Shown piece after piece: positions 17,218-25,130 of a DNA stretch of 32,000 nt (the first letter of the stretch is position 1; each line of letters begins with the position of its first letter). The stretch lies in assembly GCF_008000775.2 (NCBI RefSeq), contig NZ_CP042905.2, positions 2,550,001-2,582,000 on the forward strand, given 5' to 3'. Below the pieces are notes generated by a model. The model did not search any database. It was not told the origin of the DNA and saw only the letters and a program-made list of their open reading frames with translations. This stretch comes from Promethearchaeum syntrophicum. Its GTDB lineage: Archaea > Asgardarchaeota > Lokiarchaeia > Sigyniarchaeales > Promethearchaeaceae. Made by a program: the position numbers and the translations under genes.

Positions 17218-17414
17218 AGTAATTTAAAGATGATTTTTACTATTTAAAAGTATTTTGTATAGGAAGGTTAAAAAAAAAAACGCAACTGCCTCAGTATCTC
17301 TCTTTGTGTCATCGATGTAAATTTAACAATAATTATTAAACTAAATCTCCAACAAATGCCTTATCATCATTGGCGTGATTTTATTTTTTTTTATTTTTAA
17401 ATAATGGATAGGTA

Positions 17415-18902
17415 TCATCCATCGCTATACTGTTCTGCTAGATTTTTAAGATGAGTTTTTGTAAATTCTTCAGATTCTCCCCTTTTCACCCTACTGATAA
17501 AAATTAATGCGATCAATTGCCACATTAAAACATAAAAGAAGAGTTGTCTATATTGGTATCCAGTTCCATAAAGCTGAATTCGTTCAGGAAATACTTGCGT
17601 ATATAAATCAAATTGAAATCCAGCAACGATCGGTGAAATTATTGCTGCAGCTTGTGTAAATAAGTAATATACTCCAGTATAAGCTCCTATTTTTCCTTCA
17701 GGAGCAAGTTGCCAAATTATAACAATTCCATTAATTGAAATCAGTGCAATGAAAAATCCAGCTAAGAAAATACTAATAATTGTTCCAATATAATAACTTG
17801 AAGGATTCAAAAGCCATAAATCAAGATAATGAAGAATTTCAACGGTGAAGGCTAATCCTATTAAACCCAATGTAACAGCATTTTTTCGACCAAATTTATC
17901 AGATAATTTTCCTACAGGATACGCTGAAATTACTAAAGAAATGGGGGCGATCATAAGAACCGTGCTTGCCATACCATCAGTCCAACCTAAATATATAATG
18001 GCAAAGGAACTATAAAATGTCTCTATCGCATTTACACCAAAGCTGCTTGCGAAGAGTGCAAGTAGCATGAATAATGCACTTTTATCTTTATCGGATAGAA
18101 CTGTTTTAAGATATGTGAGTTTGTTTTCTTTTTTACCGATTGGGGACGGATGTTCTCCAAGATTTTCAAAAGTGATGGGATCAATTGAAATTGGAAGTTT
18201 TCCGATTTTGAGAAATTTTTCTCCCGTGGGAGTCTCTTTAATTGAGAAAAATAATATCATTAGCCCAACTAACATTACAACGCTAACAAAATAAAATGAT
18301 CCAATTCTTGCCGCTACTGTTCCTTCATATGTTTCTACATCATAAAATAGATTCATAATTATAGGTCCTGAGTATCCTAAGAGAAAAGCAAAAGCTCCCA
18401 TAATTTGAATAAGTGCATTTCCCGTTGATCTAAGCTTCGGATCCGTAAGGTCTGGCATTAAAGACATCGCAGCACTGCGGTAAAAAGCTAATGAAAGATT
18501 AAAAAACATAATTACCGCAAATAATGCCCAAAAAATTTTCATATGGGGTAAAAGGGAAAAACTAATTGCACCTAATATTATTCCAAGTATCATGTAAGGC
18601 ATTCGTTTACCATGTTTAGAATGCGTATGATCAGAAATAACCCCAAAATAGGGTAAACAGATAACAGCAACAATATTATCAAGAACCATAACCATTCCTA
18701 CAAATGTATCAGCTCCTAACCAACTAATATTCATGTCGGCATAAAATTCTCTTAACATTAACGGCATTATAAAGTTATAATAAGCCCATGCCGCTTGAGA
18801 TGTTAAAAAAGCCAATCCAATTAAGATTGTCCTCTTAATATTGAGTTTACCGGGAACATTAGGTGTCATTCGAGGTTTATATTTTGATTTTGATATGTTC
18901 AT
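17415..18902 (-). CDS. MFS transporter, GPH/sugar-cation-symporter-like
   Basis: 495 aa with 12 TM helices and a long central loop. The loop 2-3 motif SDHTHSKHGKRMPYMILG resembles the D-x-x-G-R-R-(P/x) motif of glycoside-pentoside-hexuronide and sucrose-type carriers. Confidence 0.7.
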   Translation of the reverse strand: MNISKSKYKPRMTPNVPGKLNIKRTILIGLAFLTSQAAWAYYNFIMPLMLREFYADMNISWLGADTFVGMVMVLDNIVAVICLPYFGVISDHTHSKHGKRMPYMILGIILGAISFSLLPHMKIFWALFAVIMFFNLSLAFYRSAAMSLMPDLTDPKLRSTGNALIQIMGAFAFLLGYSGPIIMNLFYDVETYEGTVAARIGSFYFVSVVMLVGLMILFFSIKETPTGEKFLKIGKLPISIDPITFENLGEHPSPIGKKENKLTYLKTVLSDKDKSALFMLLALFASSFGVNAIETFYSSFAIIYLGWTDGMASTVLMIAPISLVISAYPVGKLSDKFGRKNAVTLGLIGLAFTVEILHYLDLWLLNPSSYYIGTIISIFLAGFFIALISINGIVIIWQLAPEGKIGAYTGVYYLFTQAAAIISPIVAGFQFDLYTQVFPERIQLYGTGYQYRQLFFYVLMWQLIALIFISRVKRGESEEFTKTHLKNLAEQYSDG

Positions 18903-18951
18903 CCTTAAGAATCAAATAACTTAAACTGCTTAAAAATTATGTTAAATTGGA

Positions 18952-20034
18952 ATGAAAAAAAAATCTGTGGAGACCAAATCAAAGAAAGTTAAAAGGGCAA
19001 TTAAATTACTCAATATTGAAGCAGAAAATCCCAGTGATAAGCGATTCTTAAAAAAAACTCTCAATACGCCTGGGATTCTAAAAGCTTCTGAGAGATCTCC
19101 TTTGTATGGGTTTAAAAAAATAAGAAATCTACTCCGAGATAGCTTTATGGATCGTATGAAGTATGATACTTTATATAAATATATGACTGAAAAAAAAACC
19201 TTCAAAGACCGCTTAATTTTTATCCGTACTATTAGACAAGGGTTCGGTGCAACCAGGAGAATGCTCTTTTCTCAATACCGTAAATTATCAGAAAATATTC
19301 AAGTCTCCAAAGAAGCTTATACTCACATTAATGGAGTTGAACTATGGAAGGAATTAAATATTTACGCGCAAGAAAAATGGGGAATAAAGAAAATTGGGTT
19401 TACTGAAATTCCACGGGATATTATAATCAAAGGAAACCACATTCTCTATAAATATGCACTAGTTTTTATAATGGAGATGAGAAAAAAACAGATAGATGAT
19501 GCTCCCCATGCCCTAGCAGGATTTGAAACCATAAGAATTTATAATAAACTGGGAAAAGCAGTCTTAGATATTGGATCTTGGTTAAGGAAAAAAGATATAA
19601 GATGTCAACCAAATCATCCTTTAGGGGGATTAGTGTCATATGTGCCTCTTGCGGGAAAAGCAGGATTGGGATGGCAAGGAATGAATGGGTTGTTAATAAC
19701 TCCCGAATTTGGACAACGTCAACGGATAGCCCCTATTTATGTTGAACACCCAATATTTTCATTTACAGATACAAATGCAGAAAATTTCTCTTGGATTGAG
19801 AGGTATTGTGACAATTGTAAGAAATGTATGGAAGAATGCCCTGGAGACGCGATCCAAGAAAGGAAGAAAATATATAATAATGAGATTGAAACGATAGGCA
19901 GGTTAGCTCTTTGTATTGATCCTGTAAAATGTTTTCCTTATTTTAGAAAATTTGAAGGATGTAGTATATGCGTTAAGGTATGCCCTTTTTCAAAAGCTAA
20001 TGGAATTTATCAGATTTTAGAAAAAAAAACATGA
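18952..20034 (+). CDS. 2x[4Fe-4S] protein of the epoxyqueuosine-reductase (QueG) / reductive-dehalogenase superfamily
   Basis: GKAGLGWQGMNGLLITPEFGQRQRIAPIYVEHPI matches the conserved core of QueG/RdhA proteins. CDNCKKCMEECPGDAI is a full CxxCxxCxxxCP motif, and C-x5-C...GCSICVKVCPF supplies the second cluster. The stop codon TGA (20032..20034) lies inside the left terminal repeat of the adjacent IS. Confidence 0.7.
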   Translation: MKKKSVETKSKKVKRAIKLLNIEAENPSDKRFLKKTLNTPGILKASERSPLYGFKKIRNLLRDSFMDRMKYDTLYKYMTEKKTFKDRLIFIRTIRQGFGATRRMLFSQYRKLSENIQVSKEAYTHINGVELWKELNIYAQEKWGIKKIGFTEIPRDIIIKGNHILYKYALVFIMEMRKKQIDDAPHALAGFETIRIYNKLGKAVLDIGSWLRKKDIRCQPNHPLGGLVSYVPLAGKAGLGWQGMNGLLITPEFGQRQRIAPIYVEHPIFSFTDTNAENFSWIERYCDNCKKCMEECPGDAIQERKKIYNNEIETIGRLALCIDPVKCFPYFRKFEGCSICVKVCPFSKANGIYQILEKKT

Positions 20035-20054
20035 GATGACAAGTTAATCTAGGT
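20030..20054. repeat. IS left terminal inverted repeat
   Basis: See the mobile element entry; 23/25 match to the reverse complement of 21814..21838. Confidence 0.8.
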
Positions 20055-21819
20055 GACATTCTTGTCGTCCCTCTTTTTCCAAAGATTCAAAACTAGCCAT
20101 TCATTATATTATATTGTGTACTCCACAGCATCTTCACCCGACTATAGAACCCATTACTTATGTTGGCCCGAGTCCATCTCCCGAGCTTGTCCTATTTGTA
20201 AATCACCCATTGAATTTGCATTTGCGGATAACGGGAAAAAAGTTCATACTCTTGAAGGAATTATACATCAAGTCGTAAATTATTACAAATGCTCTAAAGC
20301 AACGTGCCCTAATTCTTCTTCATACTTCAATCCAATCAGTAGATTCGATTTTGGAAAATCATATTACGGAAAAGATGTCCTGCAATTCATTGCCGATGAG
20401 GTACTCCTCCTCGATCAGACACCTCAACAAATACACAAACGATTAAAAATCAAATATCAACTTAAGGTCAGTTTACGGACAGTTCAGCGGATTTACCGTG
20501 ATATTCTCTTAATAAAGTCAAATTCCATTGATGAAACAACGCGCAACATAATTTCCAAATCAAAAAAAATTCTTCTGGCTATTGATGGGCAAGATCCAGA
20601 TAAAGGACATGACTCCCTATGGCTTTTCACCGACCTCCTCACAAATCGTGTACTTAGGACAGTACTTGTGAAGACTATGCCACATATGAGAATTCACCAA
20701 GAAATTGAAGAGATCAAACAGGACTATGGTGTTCCAATAGTTGGGGTTGTCAGCGACAAGCAAAATAACCTAGTAAAATGTATGCGGGACAAATATCCGG
20801 ACATTCCTCACCAGTTCTGTACTTTTCACTTTTGCCAGCAAATGTGGAAACACCTGGAGATTTTCGATGGAAATCTTTATGGAAAATTGAAAAAAACGCT
20901 CATCAGAGCAGATATTCATATAAGAAACAACTCAAAACCGATAAATTTTGAAGGAAAGGGATTCCTCCCGGTACGGGAAGTTTTTCGTGGGATTGACAGT
21001 GATATTGAACATTTAACTCAAATTAAGTCAACAAAATTCCAATTTCTCCGCGGTTTATGGCTTTTCCGCAATCTGACACGATATACTGTCAAAATGGAGG
21101 TTTATACAACAATCATGGACAAGCAACTCCGCATTGAGAAAATCTTCTGTAAATTTCACGCCAAATTAAAAAAAGTATTGAAAGACACCAGATCACAATT
21201 TTTTGAAACCCTGTTCCTCTATGATTCTTTTAAGTTAATTTACCAACGTCTTTACAGTGAATTGTCTACCCATGCTGACAAGCAGCAAGAGCTTGACAAT
21301 ATTTTTGGTCGACTTTGGGGCTATGTCAGAACTTTAAACCCCGATTTAGAGATGGAAGGATTGAAAATGATTCCCCTGCAATCATCCCATTCTCTCGAAT
21401 CCATCTTGGGTGAATGGGTTAGGTTATGGAATTCGTACTTACCAGGATTATTTTCATATTATGGATTCCCTCGGGATATTCGCACGAATATCCTCCAAGA
21501 ACAAGCCTTTAGTCAACAGAAAGCGAAGTTAGTAAATCGTCTGAAGCGGAAAGATGTTAGCTATTTTATCAAAACACGCGGAGACCTTTATCTTAGGCTT
21601 ATACATTCTTCAGAATCGGAAAAATCTGCTTCTATCGTCAACGAATACTCGGATCACCTGATTCAATCACTACGGAAGGAGTTTCAAAAACGAATTTCTG
21701 AAGAAACATCACATTGGTTAGCAAAAGATAAAGAATTTGCTGGATATGAAGAAGTCCTTCAAGAATACCATCCAAATTGGCGTAAACTCTTACTAAAAAA
21801 GAAGTTACGAGGGACTTAG
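20053..21819 (+). CDS. DDE-type transposase with N-terminal zinc-binding motif (IS256/Mutator-like signature)
   Basis: 588-aa ORF filling the IS. It has CPICKSP...YYKCSKATCPN Cys pairs. Candidate acidic residues are LLAIDGQDP and GVVSDKQNNLVKCMRDKYPDIPHQFCTFH; the S-D...fP...Q-x-C-x-x-H pattern is typical of IS256/MULE transposases. There is no ATG near the 5' end, so the start is uncertain (GTG 20053 or GTG 20116). The stop lies inside the right TIR. Confidence 0.7.
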   Translation: MTFLSSLFFQRFKTSHSLYYIVYSTASSPDYRTHYLCWPESISRACPICKSPIEFAFADNGKKVHTLEGIIHQVVNYYKCSKATCPNSSSYFNPISRFDFGKSYYGKDVLQFIADEVLLLDQTPQQIHKRLKIKYQLKVSLRTVQRIYRDILLIKSNSIDETTRNIISKSKKILLAIDGQDPDKGHDSLWLFTDLLTNRVLRTVLVKTMPHMRIHQEIEEIKQDYGVPIVGVVSDKQNNLVKCMRDKYPDIPHQFCTFHFCQQMWKHLEIFDGNLYGKLKKTLIRADIHIRNNSKPINFEGKGFLPVREVFRGIDSDIEHLTQIKSTKFQFLRGLWLFRNLTRYTVKMEVYTTIMDKQLRIEKIFCKFHAKLKKVLKDTRSQFFETLFLYDSFKLIYQRLYSELSTHADKQQELDNIFGRLWGYVRTLNPDLEMEGLKMIPLQSSHSLESILGEWVRLWNSYLPGLFSYYGFPRDIRTNILQEQAFSQQKAKLVNRLKRKDVSYFIKTRGDLYLRLIHSSESEKSASIVNEYSDHLIQSLRKEFQKRISEETSHWLAKDKEFAGYEEVLQEYHPNWRKLLLKKKLRGT

Positions 21820-21838
21820 ATTAACTTGTCACCTCATG
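21814..21838. repeat. IS right terminal inverted repeat
   Basis: ACTTAGATTAACTTGTCACCTCATG, the inverted copy of 20030..20054. Confidence 0.8.
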
Positions 21839-21891
21839 AAAAAAATGAAAATTTAAATTTAAAAATATTAAATTAGAAAAAATTAGGAAAA

Positions 21892-22818
21892 TTAGGAGAT
21901 TTTCTTTATTATCTCTAAGGCTGCAACAGCTCCATCGCTAGTAGCAGTGACAATCTGCCAGTATAATTTCTCACGTATATCTCCAGCAGCATAAACACCT
22001 TTTACGCTTGTTTCCATGTGTTCATTAGTAATCAGATATCCATATTCATTCTGATTGAATTCTACTGGTCTATTCAATAAAAATTTACTGTTCGGGACCA
22101 TACCAACAAAAATAAATACTCCATCTCGTTCCATTGAAATGGTCTCTTTAGTTTTAAGATTTTCAATTTCAACGATAATACTTTCACCAGTGTTTTTAAA
22201 ACTGCGTGGTTCATGCGACCAGAGAACTTTTACTTTTGGGTTACTTAATACTTTATCTGCGGTGATTTTTTCGGCTTGTAATACATCAAATTGATGAATT
22301 ATTGTAAGGGACTTCACATATCTTAAGAGAAGTAGTGATTCTTCTATTGCACTATTTCCGCCCCCAATTACAAAAATATCCATATCCTTGTAAAATTCCC
22401 CATCACACGTTGCACAATAGCTGATTCCATTTCCTTTATTTTCTACTTCTCCCCTTAAATTTAGTAATCTTGGCGAAGCTCCGGTAGCAATCAATATGTA
22501 ATTTGACGAAAAACGCTCGTCCTCATCTAATTCAACCCATTTGATCTCTTTACTAAAAGAAAAATCAGTAATTTCAACCGCTAATTCAAATTTGGTTCCA
22601 AAACGTTCAGCTTGCTTTTTCATTTTTGTGGCTAGTTCATAACCCGTTATTGGTTCATCAAAACCTGGATAATTTGCAACACTATGGGTCGTAGCAACCT
22701 GTCCACCATGAGTTGATTGATCAATTACTAATGTAGAAAGACCTGCTCGTGCACTGTAAATTGCCGCAGTTAAACCTGCTGGACCTGCTCCAATAATAAT
22801 TAAATCGAATTTTTTCAT
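21892..22818 (-). CDS. trxB: thioredoxin reductase-like flavoprotein (low-Mr TrxR family) lacking the NADPH 2'-phosphate-binding arginines
   Basis: FAD motif DLIIIGAGPAGLTAA, redox-active CATCDG, second Rossmann motif GGGNSAIEE and C-terminal YAAGDI are all present. Where NADPH-dependent enzymes have HRRxxxRA, this protein has HQFDVLQA. I prefer ATG 22818 (MKKFDLIIIG) over GTG 22839. Confidence 0.85.
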   Translation of the reverse strand: MKKFDLIIIGAGPAGLTAAIYSARAGLSTLVIDQSTHGGQVATTHSVANYPGFDEPITGYELATKMKKQAERFGTKFELAVEITDFSFSKEIKWVELDEDERFSSNYILIATGASPRLLNLRGEVENKGNGISYCATCDGEFYKDMDIFVIGGGNSAIEESLLLLRYVKSLTIIHQFDVLQAEKITADKVLSNPKVKVLWSHEPRSFKNTGESIIVEIENLKTKETISMERDGVFIFVGMVPNSKFLLNRPVEFNQNEYGYLITNEHMETSVKGVYAAGDIREKLYWQIVTATSDGAVAALEIIKKIS

Positions 22819-22890
22819 TGTAGTTTCCAAAATTCTCACTGCCTAAATTATTTTATAAATATTAAAATAAAAAAAATATTTCCTTAGCTC

Positions 22891-23235
22891 TTATGCAAAA
22901 ACTTCTTGAATAATTGCTTTTACATCCTTTGCTGACTGAATTGAGGAAGTTGCCTTCACAACTTTTCCATTACGATAGTATATCGTGAACGGTAATCCTC
23001 TAAATTGTCGGGCTTCAGGTAAATTTCGTATAACATCAGCGTCTCGAATATCAAATAGCATATCTCGAAAAGCTATATCTGAATGTTTGTCCTTTAAAGC
23101 ATCCATAATTCCATAAACGGGTACGCACATCGGGCCCATACGGCCGCAAACGACTACTGCTTTCTCATGATTAGCGAGTAATTCTTGATGTTCTTCTTTT
23201 GATTTAATGTGTTCAAGGGGTGTATCTAAGTGCAT
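22891..23235 (-). CDS. thioredoxin-fold protein with non-canonical active-site region (no CxxC)
   Basis: About 114 aa from ATG 23235, with AGAAGGT upstream. The Trx-like layout includes the cis-Pro strand RGLPFTIYYRNGKVV. In place of WCGPC it reads VVCGRMGPMCVP (C-x6-C). It lies 52 bp upstream of the TrxR-like gene on the same strand. Confidence 0.7.
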   Translation of the reverse strand: MHLDTPLEHIKSKEEHQELLANHEKAVVVCGRMGPMCVPVYGIMDALKDKHSDIAFRDMLFDIRDADVIRNLPEARQFRGLPFTIYYRNGKVVKATSSIQSAKDVKAIIQEVFA

Positions 23236-23272
23236 TTTTATATACCTTCTAAAAGTGATTGCGCTTTTTTTT

Positions 23273-23322
23273 TGCACAACCTTAGAATATTAAAGTTAAG
23301 GATATTATTTAAAGGTTGTGCA
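23273..23322. promoter_or_regulatory. perfect 11-bp inverted repeat (TGCACAACCTT-N28-AAGGTTGTGCA) upstream of the trx-like/trxB pair; candidate operator
   Basis: The arms are at 23273..23283 and 23312..23322. The AT-rich 28-bp spacer contains TATA-like text. The element lies 38-87 bp upstream of ATG 23235. Confidence 0.35.
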
Positions 23323-23570
23323 TTTCAACACATACAAGTATAAGATTTTTAAATGTTTTTATAAACTATTTTGGTTATATTCGCCAAAAATTCGCATTTT
23401 TATAAATTATATGATAATTTTTCTACATTTTCGTTATTTTTCTTGCTCGAATCTAAAAAAAATTGCAATTTTTCTAAAGTTTTATAAAAAATAACGTTGA
23501 ACTATATGTATAAATCATACTCTACATATTGATACTTAGACTACATATAATGATTTAGAAGGTAAACTTA

Positions 23571-24974
23571 GTGGCACAAGCGAAAACAACTCCTAAAAAC
23601 TCACAACTGACTGCAAAGAGTTCAATGAAGCCAACGGATACTTTTCCTGAATTTAATTTCGTTTTCAGTTTTTCTCATTTTATCCAAAAATATAAAATCA
23701 ACCGATACTTCAAATATGTTCCCTTTCGAATTTTCCGAGCATTATCAGCAATCATTGGTTTCCAACAAGCGGAGAAAGGACACAGCACTGTATTAAAAAC
23801 TTGGAAATTTTTATTTCCAAAAAAAATCTTAGATAAAGTAAATTTAAAGCGCTGGACAAATTCCTACATCCAGTACAACATTGAACTTTGGTTTGATACT
23901 ACATTCTACCTTACTTGTCGAAATAGAGAAAATGCTGATTTTTTTAATCCAATTGAGGGTTTTAATCACCTCGAAAAAGCTTTACGACAAAAAAAGGGAG
24001 TTTTAGTTCCCACCATCCATTTCGGCGAATTTTTACACACTTTGTATTCATTATTTCACAGAAGAATTATTATCGATGAGGAACCTCAAAAAATCTTAGT
24101 TATCGGATTAGCATCGAAGGAAAATGAATATCTACTCAGAGAATCGTATAAAAGTCTTGATAATTTTGAAGTTCTCATTACAAATGAAATTGGCAAATTA
24201 AAAGAAACTTTGAAAGAATATCTAAGAAAAAATTACGTAGTATTTTTACTCCATGATTATTTTTCCAAAACTCAATTACGCACACCGTTCATTTATAATT
24301 CTCATAATTATAACTTTTCAATTCCAACCCCTCAGATGATATCGCATTTACATCTAAATACCGGTGCGCCTATAGTTCCTGTTGTGGCTCTACCAAGGCA
24401 TAACTTGAAACATTCGTTAGTAAAATTTCTACCTGAAGTTAACCCAATGACTATGAAAATCGCTTCAGAATCAAACACACTACAAAAAGAAATTCTCAAT
24501 TTTCGACGAGGAAATTTAACTAAGAAACAAAAATATGGCCTGATTTCCCTTTTAATCAATCGAGAACTTTACCCGAATTTATTAGAATATCCATTTCTAT
24601 GGCAAGGCGCTTTCTTATTTTTTGAAAGAACTCAATTTAAAATTCATTTGAATGATATTCAGTCTTACAGCCAATTATTAAAAGAAATTTTATCAAAATT
24701 GGATCTTTTGATTCGGGCAACTTATGAGCCAGGACGGGATGATGACAAGATCTTGAAGTTGATTGAAGAGATTGGTTCTGATTTGGAAAGCATTAGACAA
24801 GATTCAGATGATGAGTTACAAATTAATCATAAGTATATAGAATTAGGGCGTTTAAGTGGAAAAAAAGCAATTTTTAAAATAATTTCAATATTAGAACCTT
24901 TTCAAAATTCATTAATCAAGATTAAATACAAGGTAATTAACGAAAAACTTGAATTACTGAAATGTTTTTTTTAA
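23571..24974 (+). CDS. LpxL/HtrB-like (lipid A biosynthesis acyltransferase family, LPLAT superfamily) protein with ~115-aa C-terminal helical extension, paralog A
   Basis: By eye it aligns with E. coli LpxL blocks. [13 protein letters not shown] matches [34 protein letters not shown] matches [47 protein letters not shown] matches [42 protein letters not shown] matches PEQYMWLHRRFK. The start is GTG 23571, with an alternative ATG at MKPTDTF. Confidence 0.5.
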   Translation: [467 protein letters not shown]

Positions 24975-25130
24975 GTTAGTAGATCTTGATTAAGTATATT
25001 CTCATTTCTACATTTTTTATAATTGTAAAAACCTTTTTATTCAACAAAATTTTTCTTGATCATAGAAGAATTCTAGTTTTCTTTCCACTCATAAAAATAT
25101 AGTAATTCTAATATCACGGTCGTTTTTGGA

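Larger units (their letters stand above)
20030..21838 (+). mobile_element. insertion sequence (1809 bp) with 25-bp terminal inverted repeats and one transposase ORF
   Basis: The left end is CATGAGATGACAAGTTAATCTAGGT (20030..20054). The reverse complement of the right end is CATGAGGTGACAAGTTAATCTAAGT (21814..21838), giving 23/25 identical. The element is flanked by A-runs (A9 at 20021..20029, A7 at 21839..21845) that could hide a target-site duplication. Its interior is visibly richer in G+C than the flanks. Confidence 0.8.

Noticed and set aside
16817-17227. 136-aa plus-strand ORF fully overlapping the 134-aa minus-strand ORF
   Set aside because: Its translation is low-complexity T/I/N/K-rich text, whereas the minus strand gives four clean TM helices with an ATG start. 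The strand choice is still not proven.
19033-19056. SDKRFLKK near the N-terminus of the QueG/RdhA-like protein, which resembles a twin-arginine (S/T-RRxFLK) signal
   Set aside because: The RR pair is not present (D-K aligns to it) and no hydrophobic h-region follows. At best it is a vestige, not a functional Tat signal.
22819-23277. Longer GTG-initiated versions of trxB (22839) and the trx-like gene (23277)
   Set aside because: The ATGs at 22818 and 23235 give N-termini that match family expectations (MKKFDLIIIGAG...). The 23277 start lies inside the 11-bp inverted-repeat arm.
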